Shown here: piece by piece, positions 31,601 through 43,600 of the stretch | How the letters are laid out: each line of letters starts with the position of its first letter | Numbering within the stretch: the first letter of the stretch is position 1 | The notes under the pieces: model-generated | Seen by the model: the letters and a program-made list of their open reading frames with translations, nothing else | Database searches by the model: none | Told to the model about the DNA's origin: nothing | Assembly: GCA_000004985.1 (NCBI GenBank) | Contig: GG738869.1 | Source: Naegleria gruberi | Taxonomy: Eukaryota | DNA: 64,000 bases | Direction: 5' to 3' (one strand) | Program-made: the position numbers and the translations under genes

Positions 31601-34600
31601 NNNNNNNNNNNNNNNNNNNNNNNNNNNNNNNNNNNNNNNNNNNNNNNNNNNNNNNNNNNNNNNNNNNNNNNNNNNNNNNNNNNNNNNNNNNNNNNNNNNN
31701 NNNNNNNNNNNNNNNNNNNNNNNNNNNNNNNNNNNNNNNNNNNNNNNNNNNNNNNNNNNNNNNNNNNNNNNNNNNNNNNNNNNNNNNNNNNNNNNNNNNN
31801 NNNNNNNNNNNNNNNNNNNNNNNNNNNNNNNNNNNNNNNNNNNNNNNNNNNNNNNNNNNNNNNNNNNNNNNNNNNNNNNNNNNNNNNNNNNNNNNNNNNN
31901 NNNNNNNNNNNNNNNNNNNNNNNNNNNNNNNNNNNNNNNNNNNNNNNNNNNNNNNNNNNNNNNNNNNNNNNNNNNNNNNNNNNNNNNNNNNNNNNNNNNN
32001 NNNNNNNNNNNNNNNNNNNNNNNNNNNNNNNNNNNNNNNNNNNNNNNNNNNNNNNNNNNNNNNNNNNNNNNNNNNNNNNNNNNNNNNNNNNNNNNNNNNN
32101 NNNNNNNNNNNNNNNNNNNNNNNNNNNNNNNNNNNNNNNNNNNNNNNNNNNNNNNNNNNNNNNNNNNNNNNNNNNNNNNNNNNNNNNNNNNNNNNNNNNN
32201 NNNNNNNNNNNNNNNNNNNNNNNNNNNNNNNNNNNNNNNNNNNNNNNNNNNNNNNNNNNNNNNNNNNNNNNNNNNNNNNNNNNNNNNNNNNNNNNNNNNN
32301 NNNNNNNNNNNNNNNNNNNNNNNNNNNNNNNNNNNNNNNNNNNNNNNNNNNNNNNNNNNNNNNNNNNNNNNNNNNNNNNNNNNNNNNNNNNNNNNNNNNN
32401 NNNNNNNNNNNNNNNNNNNNNNNNNNNNNNNNNNNNNNNNNNNNNNNNNNNNNNNNNNNNNNNNNNNNNNNNNNNNNNNNNNNNNNNNNNNNNNNNNNNN
32501 NNNNNNNNNNNNNNNNNNNNNNNNNNNNNNNNNNNNNNNNNNNNNNNNNNNNNNNNNNNNNNNNNNNNNNNNNNNNNNNNNNNNNNNNNNNNNNNNNNNN
32601 NNNNNNNNNNNNNNNNNNNNNNNNNNNNNNNNNNNNNNNNNNNNNNNNNNNNNNNNNNNNNNNNNNNNNNNNNNNNNNNNNNNNNNNNNNNNNNNNNNNN
32701 NNNNNNNNNNNNNNNNNNNNNNNNNNNNNNNNNNNNNNNNNNNNNNNNNNNNNNNNNNNNNNNNNNNNNNNNNNNNNNNNNNNNNNNNNNNNNNNNNNNN
32801 NNNNNNNNNNNNNNNNNNNNNNNNNNNNNNNNNNNNNNNNNNNNNNNNNNNNNNNNNNNNNNNNNNNNNNNNNNNNNNNNNNNNNNNNNNNNNNNNNNNN
32901 NNNNNNNNNNNNNNNNNNNNNNNNNNNNNNNNNNNNNNNNNNNNNNNNNNNNNNNNNNNNNNNNNNNNNNNNNNNNNNNNNNNNNNNNNNNNNNNNNNNN
33001 NNNNNNNNNNNNNNNNNNNNNNNNNNNNNNNNNNNNNNNNNNNNNNNNNNNNNNNNNNNNNNNNNNNNNNNNNNNNNNNNNNNNNNNNNNNNNNNNNNNN
33101 NNNNNNNNNNNNNNNNNNNNNNNNNNNNNNNNNNNNNNNNNNNNNNNNNNNNNNNNNNNNNNNNNNNNNNNNNNNNNNNNNNNNNNNNNNNNNNNNNNNN
33201 NNNNNNNNNNNNNNNNNNNNNNNNNNNNNNNNNNNNNNNNNNNNNNNNNNNNNNNNNNNNNNNNNNNNNNNNNNNNNNNNNNNNNNNNNNNNNNNNNNNN
33301 NNNNNNNNNNNNNNNNNNNNNNNNNNNNNNNNNNNNNNNNNNNNNNNNNNNNNNNNNNNNNNNNNNNNNNNNNNNNNNNNNNNNNNNNNNNNNNNNNNNN
33401 NNNNNNNNNNNNNNNNNNNNNNNNNNNNNNNNNNNNNNNNNNNNNNNNNNNNNNNNNNNNNNNNNNNNNNNNNNNNNNNNNNNNNNNNNNNNNNNNNNNN
33501 NNNNNNNNNNNNNNNNNNNNNNNNNNNNNNNNNNNNNNNNNNNNNNNNNNNNNNNNNNNNNNNNNNNNNNNNNNNNNNNNNNNNNNNNNNNNNNNNNNNN
33601 NNNNNNNNNNNNNNNNNNNNNNNNNNNNNNNNNNNNNNNNNNNNNNNNNNNNNNNNNNNNNNNNNNNNNNNNNNNNNNNNNNNNNNNNNNNNNNNNNNNN
33701 NNNNNNNNNNNNNNNNNNNNNNNNNNNNNNNNNNNNNNNNNNNNNNNNNNNNNNNNNNNNNNNNNNNNNNNNNNNNNNNNNNNNNNNNNNNNNNNNNNNN
33801 NNNNNNNNNNNNNNNNNNNNNNNNNNNNNNNNNNNNNNNNNNNNNNNNNNNNNNNNNNNNNNNNNNNNNNNNNNNNNNNNNNNNNNNNNNNNNNNNNNNN
33901 NNNNNNNNNNNNNNNNNNNNNNNNNNNNNNNNNNNNNNNNNNNNNNNNNNNNNNNNNNNNNNNNNNNNNNNNNNNNNNNNNNNNNNNNNNNNNNNNNNNN
34001 NNNNNNNNNNNNNNNNNNNNNNNNNNNNNNNNNNNNNNNNNNNNNNNNNNNNNNNNNNNNNNNNNNNNNNNNNNNNNNNNNNNNNNNNNNNNNNNNNNNN
34101 NNNNNNNNNNNNNNNNNNNNNNNNNNNNNNNNNNNNNNNNNNNNNNNNNNNNNNNNNNNNNNNNNNNNNNNNNNNNNNNNNNNNNNNNNNNNNNNNNNNN
34201 NNNNNNNNNNNNNNNNNNNNNNNNNNNNNNNNNNNNNNNNNNNNNNNNNNNNNNNNNNNNNNNNNNNNNNNNNNNNNNNNNNNNNNNNNNNNNNNNNNNN
34301 NNNNNNNNNNNNNNNNNNNNNNNNNNNNNNNNNNNNNNNNNNNNNNNNNNNNNNNNNNNNNNNNNNNNNNNNNNNNNNNNNNNNNNNNNNNNNNNNNNNN
34401 NNNNNNNNNNNNNNNNNNNNNNNNNNNNNNNNNNNNNNNNNNNNNNNNNNNNNNNNNNNNNNNNNNNNNNNNNNNNNNNNNNNNNNNNNNNNNNNNNNNN
34501 NNNNNNNNNNNNNNNNNNNNNNNNNNNNNNNNNNNNNNNNNNNNNNNNNNNNNNNNNNNNNNNNNNNNNNNNNNNNNNNNNNNNNNNNNNNNNNNNNNNN

Positions 34601-37600
34601 NNNNNNNNNNNNNNNNNNNNNNNNNNNNNNNNNNNNNNNNNNNNNNNNNNNNNNNNNNNNNNNNNNNNNNNNNNNNNNNNNNNNNNNNNNNNNNNNNNNN
34701 NNNNNNNNNNNNNNNNNNNNNNNNNNNNNNNNNNNNNNNNNNNNNNNNNNNNNNNNNNNNNNNNNNNNNNNNNNNNNNNNNNNNNNNNNNNNNNNNNNNN
34801 NNNNNNNNNNNNNNNNNNNNNNNNNNNNNNNNNNNNNNNNNNNNNNNNNNNNNNNNNNNNNNNNNNNNNNNNNNNNNNNNNNNNNNNNNNNNNNNNNNNN
34901 NNNNNNNNNNNNNNNNNNNNNNNNNNNNNNNNNNNNNNNNNNNNNNNNNNNNNNNNNNNNNNNNNNNNNNNNNNNNNNNNNNNNNNNNNNNNNNNNNNNN
35001 NNNNNNNNNNNNNNNNNNNNNNNNNNNNNNNNNNNNNNNNNNNNNNNNNNNNNNNNNNNNNNNNNNNNNNNNNNNNNNNNNNNNNNNNNNNNNNNNNNNN
35101 NNNNNNNNNNNNNNNNNNNNNNNNNNNNNNNNNNNNNNNNNNNNNNNNNNNNNNNNNNNNNNNNNNNNNNNNNNNNNNNNNNNNNNNNNNNNNNNNNNNN
35201 NNNNNNNNNNNNNNNNNNNNNNNNNNNNNNNNNNNNNNNNNNNNNNNNNNNNNNNNNNNNNNNNNNNNNNNNNNNNNNNNNNNNNNNNNNNNNNNNNNNN
35301 NNNNNNNNNNNNNNNNNNNNNNNNNNNNNNNNNNNNNNNNNNNNNNNNNNNNNNNNNNNNNNNNNNNNNNNNNNNNNNNNNNNNNNNNNNNNNNNNNNNN
35401 NNNNNNNNNNNNNNNNNNNNNNNNNNNNNNNNNNNNNNNNNNNNNNNNNNNNNNNNNNNNNNNNNNNNNNNNNNNNNNNNNNNNNNNNNNNNNNNNNNNN
35501 NNNNNNNNNNNNNNNNNNNNNNNNNNNNNNNNNNNNNNNNNNNNNNNNNNNNNNNNNNNNNNNNNNNNNNNNNNNNNNNNNNNNNNNNNNNNNNNNNNNN
35601 NNNNNNNNNNNNNNNNNNNNNNNNNNNNNNNNNNNNNNNNNNNNNNNNNNNNNNNNNNNNNNNNNNNNNNNNNNNNNNNNNNNNNNNNNNNNNNNNNNNN
35701 NNNNNNNNNNNNNNNNNNNNNNNNNNNNNNNNNNNNNNNNNNNNNNNNNNNNNNNNNNNNNNNNNNNNNNNNNNNNNNNNNNNNNNNNNNNNNNNNNNNN
35801 NNNNNNNNNNNNNNNNNNNNNNNNNNNNNNNNNNNNNNNNNNNNNNNNNNNNNNNNNNNNNNNNNNNNNNNNNNNNNNNNNNNNNNNNNNNNNNNNNNNN
35901 NNNNNNNNNNNNNNNNNNNNNNNNNNNNNNNNNNNNNNNNNNNNNNNNNNNNNNNNNNNNNNNNNNNNNNNNNNNNNNNNNNNNNNNNNNNNNNNNNNNN
36001 NNNNNNNNNNNNNNNNNNNNNNNNNNNNNNNNNNNNNNNNNNNNNNNNNNNNNNNNNNNNNNNNNNNNNNNNNNNNNNNNNNNNNNNNNNNNNNNNNNNN
36101 NNNNNNNNNNNNNNNNNNNNNNNNNNNNNNNNNNNNNNNNNNNNNNNNNNNNNNNNNNNNNNNNNNNNNNNNNNNNNNNNNNNNNNNNNNNNNNNNNNNN
36201 NNNNNNNNNNNNNNNNNNNNNNNNNNNNNNNNNNNNNNNNNNNNNNNNNNNNNNNNNNNNNNNNNNNNNNNNNNNNNNNNNNNNNNNNNNNNNNNNNNNN
36301 NNNNNNNNNNNNNNNNNNNNNNNNNNNNNNNNNNNNNNNNNNNNNNNNNNNNNNNNNNNNNNNNNNNNNNNNNNNNNNNNNNNNNNNNNNNNNNNNNNNN
36401 NNNNNNNNNNNNNNNNNNNNNNNNNNNNNNNNNNNNNNNNNNNNNNNNNNNNNNNNNNNNNNNNNNNNNNNNNNNNNNNNNNNNNNNNNNNNNNNNNNNN
36501 NNNNNNNNNNNNNNNNNNNNNNNNNNNNNNNNNNNNNNNNNNNNNNNNNNNNNNNNNNNNNNNNNNNNNNNNNNNNNNNNNNNNNNNNNNNNNNNNNNNN
36601 NNNNNNNNNNNNNNNNNNNNNNNNNNNNNNNNNNNNNNNNNNNNNNNNNNNNNNNNNNNNNNNNNNNNNNNNNNNNNNNNNNNNNNNNNNNNNNNNNNNN
36701 NNNNNNNNNNNNNNNNNNNNNNNNNNNNNNNNNNNNNNNNNNNNNNNNNNNNNNNNNNNNNNNNNNNNNNNNNNNNNNNNNNNNNNNNNNNNNNNNNNNN
36801 NNNNNNNNNNNNNNNNNNNNNNNNNNNNNNNNNNNNNNNNNNNNNNNNNNNNNNNNNNNNNNNNNNNNNNNNNNNNNNNNNNNNNNNNNNNNNNNNNNNN
36901 NNNNNNNNNNNNNNNNNNNNNNNNNNNNNNNNNNNNNNNNNNNNNNNNNNNNNNNNNNNNNNNNNNNNNNNNNNNNNNNNNNNNNNNNNNNNNNNNNNNN
37001 NNNNNNNNNNNNNNNNNNNNNNNNNNNNNNNNNNNNNNNNNNNNNNNNNNNNNNNNNNNNNNNNNNNNNNNNNNNNNNNNNNNNNNNNNNNNNNNNNNNN
37101 NNNNNNNNNNNNNNNNNNNNNNNNNNNNNNNNNNNNNNNNNNNNNNNNNNNNNNNNNNNNNNNNNNNNNNNNNNNNNNNNNNNNNNNNNNNNNNNNNNNN
37201 NNNNNNNNNNNNNNNNNNNNNNNNNNNNNNNNNNNNNNNNNNNNNNNNNNNNNNNNNNNNNNNNNNNNNNNNNNNNNNNNNNNNNNNNNNNNNNNNNNNN
37301 NNNNNNNNNNNNNNNNNNNNNNNNNNNNNNNNNNNNNNNNNNNNNNNNNNNNNNNNNNNNNNNNNNNNNNNNNNNNNNNNNNNNNNNNNNNNNNNNNNNN
37401 NNNNNNNNNNNNNNNNNNNNNNNNNNNNNNNNNNNNNNNNNNNNNNNNNNNNNNNNNNNNNNNNNNNNNNNNNNNNNNNNNNNNNNNNNNNNNNNNNNNN
37501 NNNNNNNNNNNNNNNNNNNNNNNNNNNNNNNNNNNNNNNNNNNNNNNNNNNNNNNNNNNNNNNNNNNNNNNNNNNNNNNNNNNNNNNNNNNNNNNNNNNN

Positions 37601-40600
37601 NNNNNNNNNNNNNNNNNNNNNNNNNNNNNNNNNNNNNNNNNNNNNNNNNNNNNNNNNNNNNNNNNNNNNNNNNNNNNNNNNNNNNNNNNNNNNNNNNNNN
37701 NNNNNNNNNNNNNNNNNNNNNNNNNNNNNNNNNNNNNNNNNNNNNNNNNNNNNNNNNNNNNNNNNNNNNNNNNNNNNNNNNNNNNNNNNNNNNNNNNNNN
37801 NNNNNNNNNNNNNNNNNNNNNNNNNNNNNNNNNNNNNNNNNNNNNNNNNNNNNNNNNNNNNNNNNNNNNNNNNNNNNNNNNNNNNNNNNNNNNNNNNNNN
37901 NNNNNNNNNNNNNNNNNNNNNNNNNNNNNNNNNNNNNNNNNNNNNNNNNNNNNNNNNNNNNNNNNNNNNNNNNNNNNNNNNNNNNNNNNNNNNNNNNNNN
38001 NNNNNNNNNNNNNNNNNNNNNNNNNNNNNNNNNNNNNNNNNNNNNNNNNNNNNNNNNNNNNNNNNNNNNNNNNNNNNNNNNNNNNNNNNNNNNNNNNNNN
38101 NNNNNNNNNNNNNNNNNNNNNNNNNNNNNNNNNNNNNNNNNNNNNNNNNNNNNNNNNNNNNNNNNNNNNNNNNNNNNNNNNNNNNNNNNNNNNNNNNNNN
38201 NNNNNNNNNNNNNNNNNNNNNNNNNNNNNNNNNNNNNNNNNNNNNNNNNNNNNNNNNNNNNNNNNNNNNNNNNNNNNNNNNNNNNNNNNNNNNNNNNNNN
38301 NNNNNNNNNNNNNNNNNNNNNNNNNNNNNNNNNNNNNNNNNNNNNNNNNNNNNNNNNNNNNNNNNNNNNNNNNNNNNNNNNNNNNNNNNNNNNNNNNNNN
38401 NNNNNNNNNNNNNNNNNNNNNNNNNNNNNNNNNNNNNNNNNNNNNNNNNNNNNNNNNNNNNNNNNNNNNNNNNNNNNNNNNNNNNNNNNNNNNNNNNNNN
38501 NNNNNNNNNNNNNNNNNNNNNNNNNNNNNNNNNNNNNNNNNNNNNNNNNNNNNNNNNNNNNNNNNNNNNNNNNNNNNNNNNNNNNNNNNNNNNNNNNNNN
38601 NNNNNNNNNNNNNNNNNNNNNNNNNNNNNNNNNNNNNNNNNNNNNNNNNNNNNNNNNNNNNNNNNNNNNNNNNNNNNNNNNNNNNNNNNNNNNNNNNNNN
38701 NNNNNNNNNNNNNNNNNNNNNNNNNNNNNNNNNNNNNNNNNNNNNNNNNNNNNNNNNNNNNNNNNNNNNNNNNNNNNNNNNNNNNNNNNNNNNNNNNNNN
38801 NNNNNNNNNNNNNNNNNNNNNNNNNNNNNNNNNNNNNNNNNNNNNNNNNNNNNNNNNNNNNNNNNNNNNNNNNNNNNNNNNNNNNNNNNNNNNNNNNNNN
38901 NNNNNNNNNNNNNNNNNNNNNNNNNNNNNNNNNNNNNNNNNNNNNNNNNNNNNNNNNNNNNNNNNNNNNNNNNNNNNNNNNNNNNNNNNNNNNNNNNNNN
39001 NNNNNNNNNNNNNNNNNNNNNNNNNNNNNNNNNNNNNNNNNNNNNNNNNNNNNNNNNNNNNNNNNNNNNNNNNNNNNNNNNNNNNNNNNNNNNNNNNNNN
39101 NNNNNNNNNNNNNNNNNNNNNNNNNNNNNNNNNNNNNNNNNNNNNNNNNNNNNNNNNNNNNNNNNNNNNNNNNNNNNNNNNNNNNNNNNNNNNNNNNNNN
39201 NNNNNNNNNNNNNNNNNNNNNNNNNNNNNNNNNNNNNNNNNNNNNNNNNNNNNNNNNNNNNNNNNNNNNNNNNNNNNNNNNNNNNNNNNNNNNNNNNNNN
39301 NNNNNNNNNNNNNNNNNNNNNNNNNNNNNNNNNNNNNNNNNNNNNNNNNNNNNNNNNNNNNNNNNNNNNNNNNNNNNNNNNNNNNNNNNNNNNNNNNNNN
39401 NNNNNNNNNNNNNNNNNNNNNNNNNNNNNNNNNNNNNNNNNNNNNNNNNNNNNNNNNNNNNNNNNNNNNNNNNNNNNNNNNNNNNNNNNNNNNNNNNNNN
39501 NNNNNNNNNNNNNNNNNNNNNNNNNNNNNNNNNNNNNNNNNNNNNNNNNNNNNNNNNNNNNNNNNNNNNNNNNNNNNNNNNNNNNNNNNNNNNNNNNNNN
39601 NNNNNNNNNNNNNNNNNNNNNNNNNNNNNNNNNNNNNNNNNNNNNNNNNNNNNNNNNNNNNNNNNNNNNNNNNNNNNNNNNNNNNNNNNNNNNNNNNNNN
39701 NNNNNNNNNNNNNNNNNNNNNNNNNNNNNNNNNNNNNNNNNNNNNNNNNNNNNNNNNNNNNNNNNNNNNNNNNNNNNNNNNNNNNNNNNNNNNNNNNNNN
39801 NNNNNNNNNNNNNNNNNNNNNNNNNNNNNNNNNNNNNNNNNNNNNNNNNNNNNNNNNNNNNNNNNNNNNNNNNNNNNNNNNNNNNNNNNNNNNNNNNNNN
39901 NNNNNNNNNNNNNNNNNNNNNNNNNNNNNNNNNNNNNNNNNNNNNNNNNNNNNNNNNNNNNNNNNNNNNNNNNNNNNNNNNNNNNNNNNNNNNNNNNNNN
40001 NNNNNNNNNNNNNNNNNNNNNNNNNNNNNNNNNNNNNNNNNNNNNNNNNNNNNNNNNNNNNNNNNNNNNNNNNNNNNNNNNNNNNNNNNNNNNNNNNNNN
40101 NNNNNNNNNNNNNNNNNNNNNNNNNNNNNNNNNNNNNNNNNNNNNNNNNNNNNNNNNNNNNNNNNNNNNNNNNNNNNNNNNNNNNNNNNNNNNNNNNNNN
40201 NNNNNNNNNNNNNNNNNNNNNNNNNNNNNNNNNNNNNNNNNNNNNNNNNNNNNNNNNNNNNNNNNNNNNNNNNNNNNNNNNNNNNNNNNNNNNNNNNNNN
40301 NNNNNNNNNNNNNNNNNNNNNNNNNNNNNNNNNNNNNNNNNNNNNNNNNNNNNNNNNNNNNNNNNNNNNNNNNNNNNNNNNNNNNNNNNNNNNNNNNNNN
40401 NNNNNNNNNNNNNNNNNNNNNNNNNNNNNNNNNNNNNNNNNNNNNNNNNNNNNNNNNNNNNNNNNNNNNNNNNNNNNNNNNNNNNNNNNNNNNNNNNNNN
40501 NNNNNNNNNNNNNNNNNNNNNNNNNNNNNNNNNNNNNNNNNNNNNNNNNNNNNNNNNNNNNNNNNNNNNNNNNNNNNNNNNNNNNNNNNNNNNNNNNNNN

Positions 40601-43600
40601 NNNNNNNNNNNNNNNNNNNNNNNNNNNNNNNNNNNNNNNNNNNNNNNNNNNNNNNNNNNNNNNNNNNNNNNNNNNNNNNNNNNNNNNNNNNNNNNNNNNN
40701 NNNNNNNNNNNNNNNNNNNNNNNNNNNNNNNNNNNNNNNNNNNNNNNNNNNNNNNNNNNNNNNNNNNNNNNNNNNNNNNNNNNNNNNNNNNNNNNNNNNN
40801 NNNNNNNNNNNNNNNNNNNNNNNNNNNNNNNNNNNNNNNNNNNNNNNNNNNNNNNNNNNNNNNNNNNNNNNNNNNNNNNNNNNNNNNNNNNNNNNNNNNN
40901 NNNNNNNNNNNNNNNNNNNNNNNNNNNNNNNNNNNNNNNNNNNNNNNNNNNNNNNNNNNNNNNNNNNNNNNNNNNNNNNNNNNNNNNNNNNNNNNNNNNN
41001 NNNNNNNNNNNNNNNNNNNNNNNNNNNNNNNNNNNNNNNNNNNNNNNNNNNNNNNNNNNNNNNNNNNNNNNNNNNNNNNNNNNNNNNNNNNNNNNNNNNN
41101 NNNNNNNNNNNNNNNNNNNNNNNNNNNNNNNNNNNNNNNNNNNNNNNNNNNNNNNNNNNNNNNNNNNNNNNNNNNNNNNNNNNNNNNNNNNNNNNNNNNN
41201 NNNNNNNNNNNNNNNNNNNNNNNNNNNNNNNNNNNNNNNNNNNNNNNNNNNNNNNNNNNNNNNNNNNNNNNNNNNNNNNNNNNNNNNNNNNNNNNNNNNN
41301 NNNNNNNNNNNNNNNNNNNNNNNNNNNNNNNNNNNNNNNNNNNNNNNNNNNNNNNNNNNNNNNNNNNNNNNNNNNNNNNNNNNNNNNNNNNNNNNNNNNN
41401 NNNNNNNNNNNNNNNNNNNNNNNNNNNNNNNNNNNNNNNNNNNNNNNNNNNNNNNNNNNNNNNNNNNNNNNNNNNNNNNNNNNNNNNNNNNNNNNNNNNN
41501 NNNNNNNNNNNNNNNNNNNNNNNNNNNNNNNNNNNNNNNNNNNNNNNNNNNNNNNNNNNNNNNNNNNNNNNNNNNNNNNNNNNNNNNNNNNNNNNNNNNN
41601 NNNNNNNNNNNNNNNNNNNNNNNNNNNNNNNNNNNNNNNNNNNNNNNNNNNNNNNNNNNNNNNNNNNNNNNNNNNNNNNNNNNNNNNNNNNNNNNNNNNN
41701 NNNNNNNNNNNNNNNNNNNNNNNNNNNNNNNNNNNNNNNNNNNNNNNNNNNNNNNNNNNNNNNNNNNNNNNNNNNNNNNNNNNNNNNNNNNNNNNNNNNN
41801 NNNNNNNNNNNNNNNNNNNNNNNNNNNNNNNNNNNNNNNNNNNNNNNNNNNNNNNNNNNNNNNNNNNNNNNNNNNNNNNNNNNNNNNNNNNNNNNNNNNN
41901 NNNNNNNNNNNNNNNNNNNNNNNNNNNNNNNNNNNNNNNNNNNNNNNNNNNNNNNNNNNNNNNNNNNNNNNNNNNNNNNNNNNNNNNNNNNNNNNNNNNN
42001 NNNNNNNNNNNNNNNNNNNNNNNNNNNNNNNNNNNNNNNNNNNNNNNNNNNNNNNNNNNNNNNNNNNNNNNNNNNNNNNNNNNNNNNNNNNNNNNNNNNN
42101 NNNNNNNNNNNNNNNNNNNNNNNNNNNNNNNNNNNNNNNNNNNNNNNNNNNNNNNNNNNNNNNNNNNNNNNNNNNNNNNNNNNNNNNNNNNNNNNNNNNN
42201 NNNNNNNNNNNNNNNNNNNNNNNNNNNNNNNNNNNNNNNNNNNNNNNNNNNNNNNNNNNNNNNNNNNNNNNNNNNNNNNNNNNNNNNNNNNNNNNNNNNN
42301 NNNNNNNNNNNNNNNNNNNNNNNNNNNNNNNNNNNNNNNNNNNNNNNNNNNNNNNNNNNNNNNNNNNNNNNNNNNNNNNNNNNNNNNNNNNNNNNNNNNN
42401 NNNNNNNNNNNNNNNNNNNNNNNNNNNNNNNNNNNNNNNNNNNNNNNNNNNNNNNNNNNNNNNNNNNNNNNNNNNNNNNNNNNNNNNNNNNNNNNNNNNN
42501 NNNNNNNNNNNNNNNNNNNNNNNNNNNNNNNNNNNNNNNNNNNNNNNNNNNNNNNNNNNNNNNNNNNNNNNNNNNNNNNNNNNNNNNNNNNNNNNNNNNN
42601 NNNNNNNNNNNNNNNNNNNNNNNNNNNNNNNNNNNNNNNNNNNNNNNNNNNNNNNNNNNNNNNNNNNNNNNNNNNNNNNNNNNNNNNNNNNNNNNNNNNN
42701 NNNNNNNNNNNNNNNNNNNNNNNNNNNNNNNNNNNNNNNNNNNNNNNNNNNNNNNNNNNNNNNNNNNNNNNNNNNNNNNNNNNNNNNNNNNNNNNNNNNN
42801 NNNNNNNNNNNNNNNNNNNNNNNNNNNNNNNNNNNNNNNNNNNNNNNNNNNNNNNNNNNNNNNNNNNNNNNNNNNNNNNNNNNNNNNNNNNNNNNNNNNN
42901 NNNNNNNNNNNNNNNNNNNNNNNNNNNNNNNNNNNNNNNNNNNNNNNNNNNNNNNNNNNNNNNNNNNNNNNNNNNNNNNNNNNNNNNNNNNNNNNNNNNN
43001 NNNNNNNNNNNNNNNNNNNNNNNNNNNNNNNNNNNNNNNNNNNNNNNNNNNNNNNNNNNNNNNNNNNNNNNNNNNNNNNNNNNNNNNNNNNNNNNNNNNN
43101 NNNNNNNNNNNNNNNNNNNNNNNNNNNNNNNNNNNNNNNNNNNNNNNNNNNNNNNNNNNNNNNNNNNNNNNNNNNNNNNNNNNNNNNNNNNNNNNNNNNN
43201 NNNNNNNNNNNNNNNNNNNNNNNNNNNNNNNNNNNNNNNNNNNNNNNNNNNNNNNNNNNNNNNNNNNNNNNNNNNNNNNNNNNNNNNNNNNNNNNNNNNN
43301 NNNNNNNNNNNNNNNNNNNNNNNNNNNNNNNNNNNNNNNNNNNNNNNNNNNNNNNNNNNNNNNNNNNNNNNNNNNNNNNNNNNNNNNNNNNNNNNNNNNN
43401 NNNNNNNNNNNNNNNNNNNNNNNNNNNNNNNNNNNNNNNNNNNNNNNNNNNNNNNNNNNNNNNNNNNNNNNNNNNNNNNNNNNNNNNNNNNNNNNNNNNN
43501 NNNNNNNNNNNNNNNNNNNNNNNNNNNNNNNNNNNNNNNNNNNNNNNNNNNNNNNNNNNNNNNNNNNNNNNNNNNNNNNNNNNNNNNNNNNNNNNNNNNN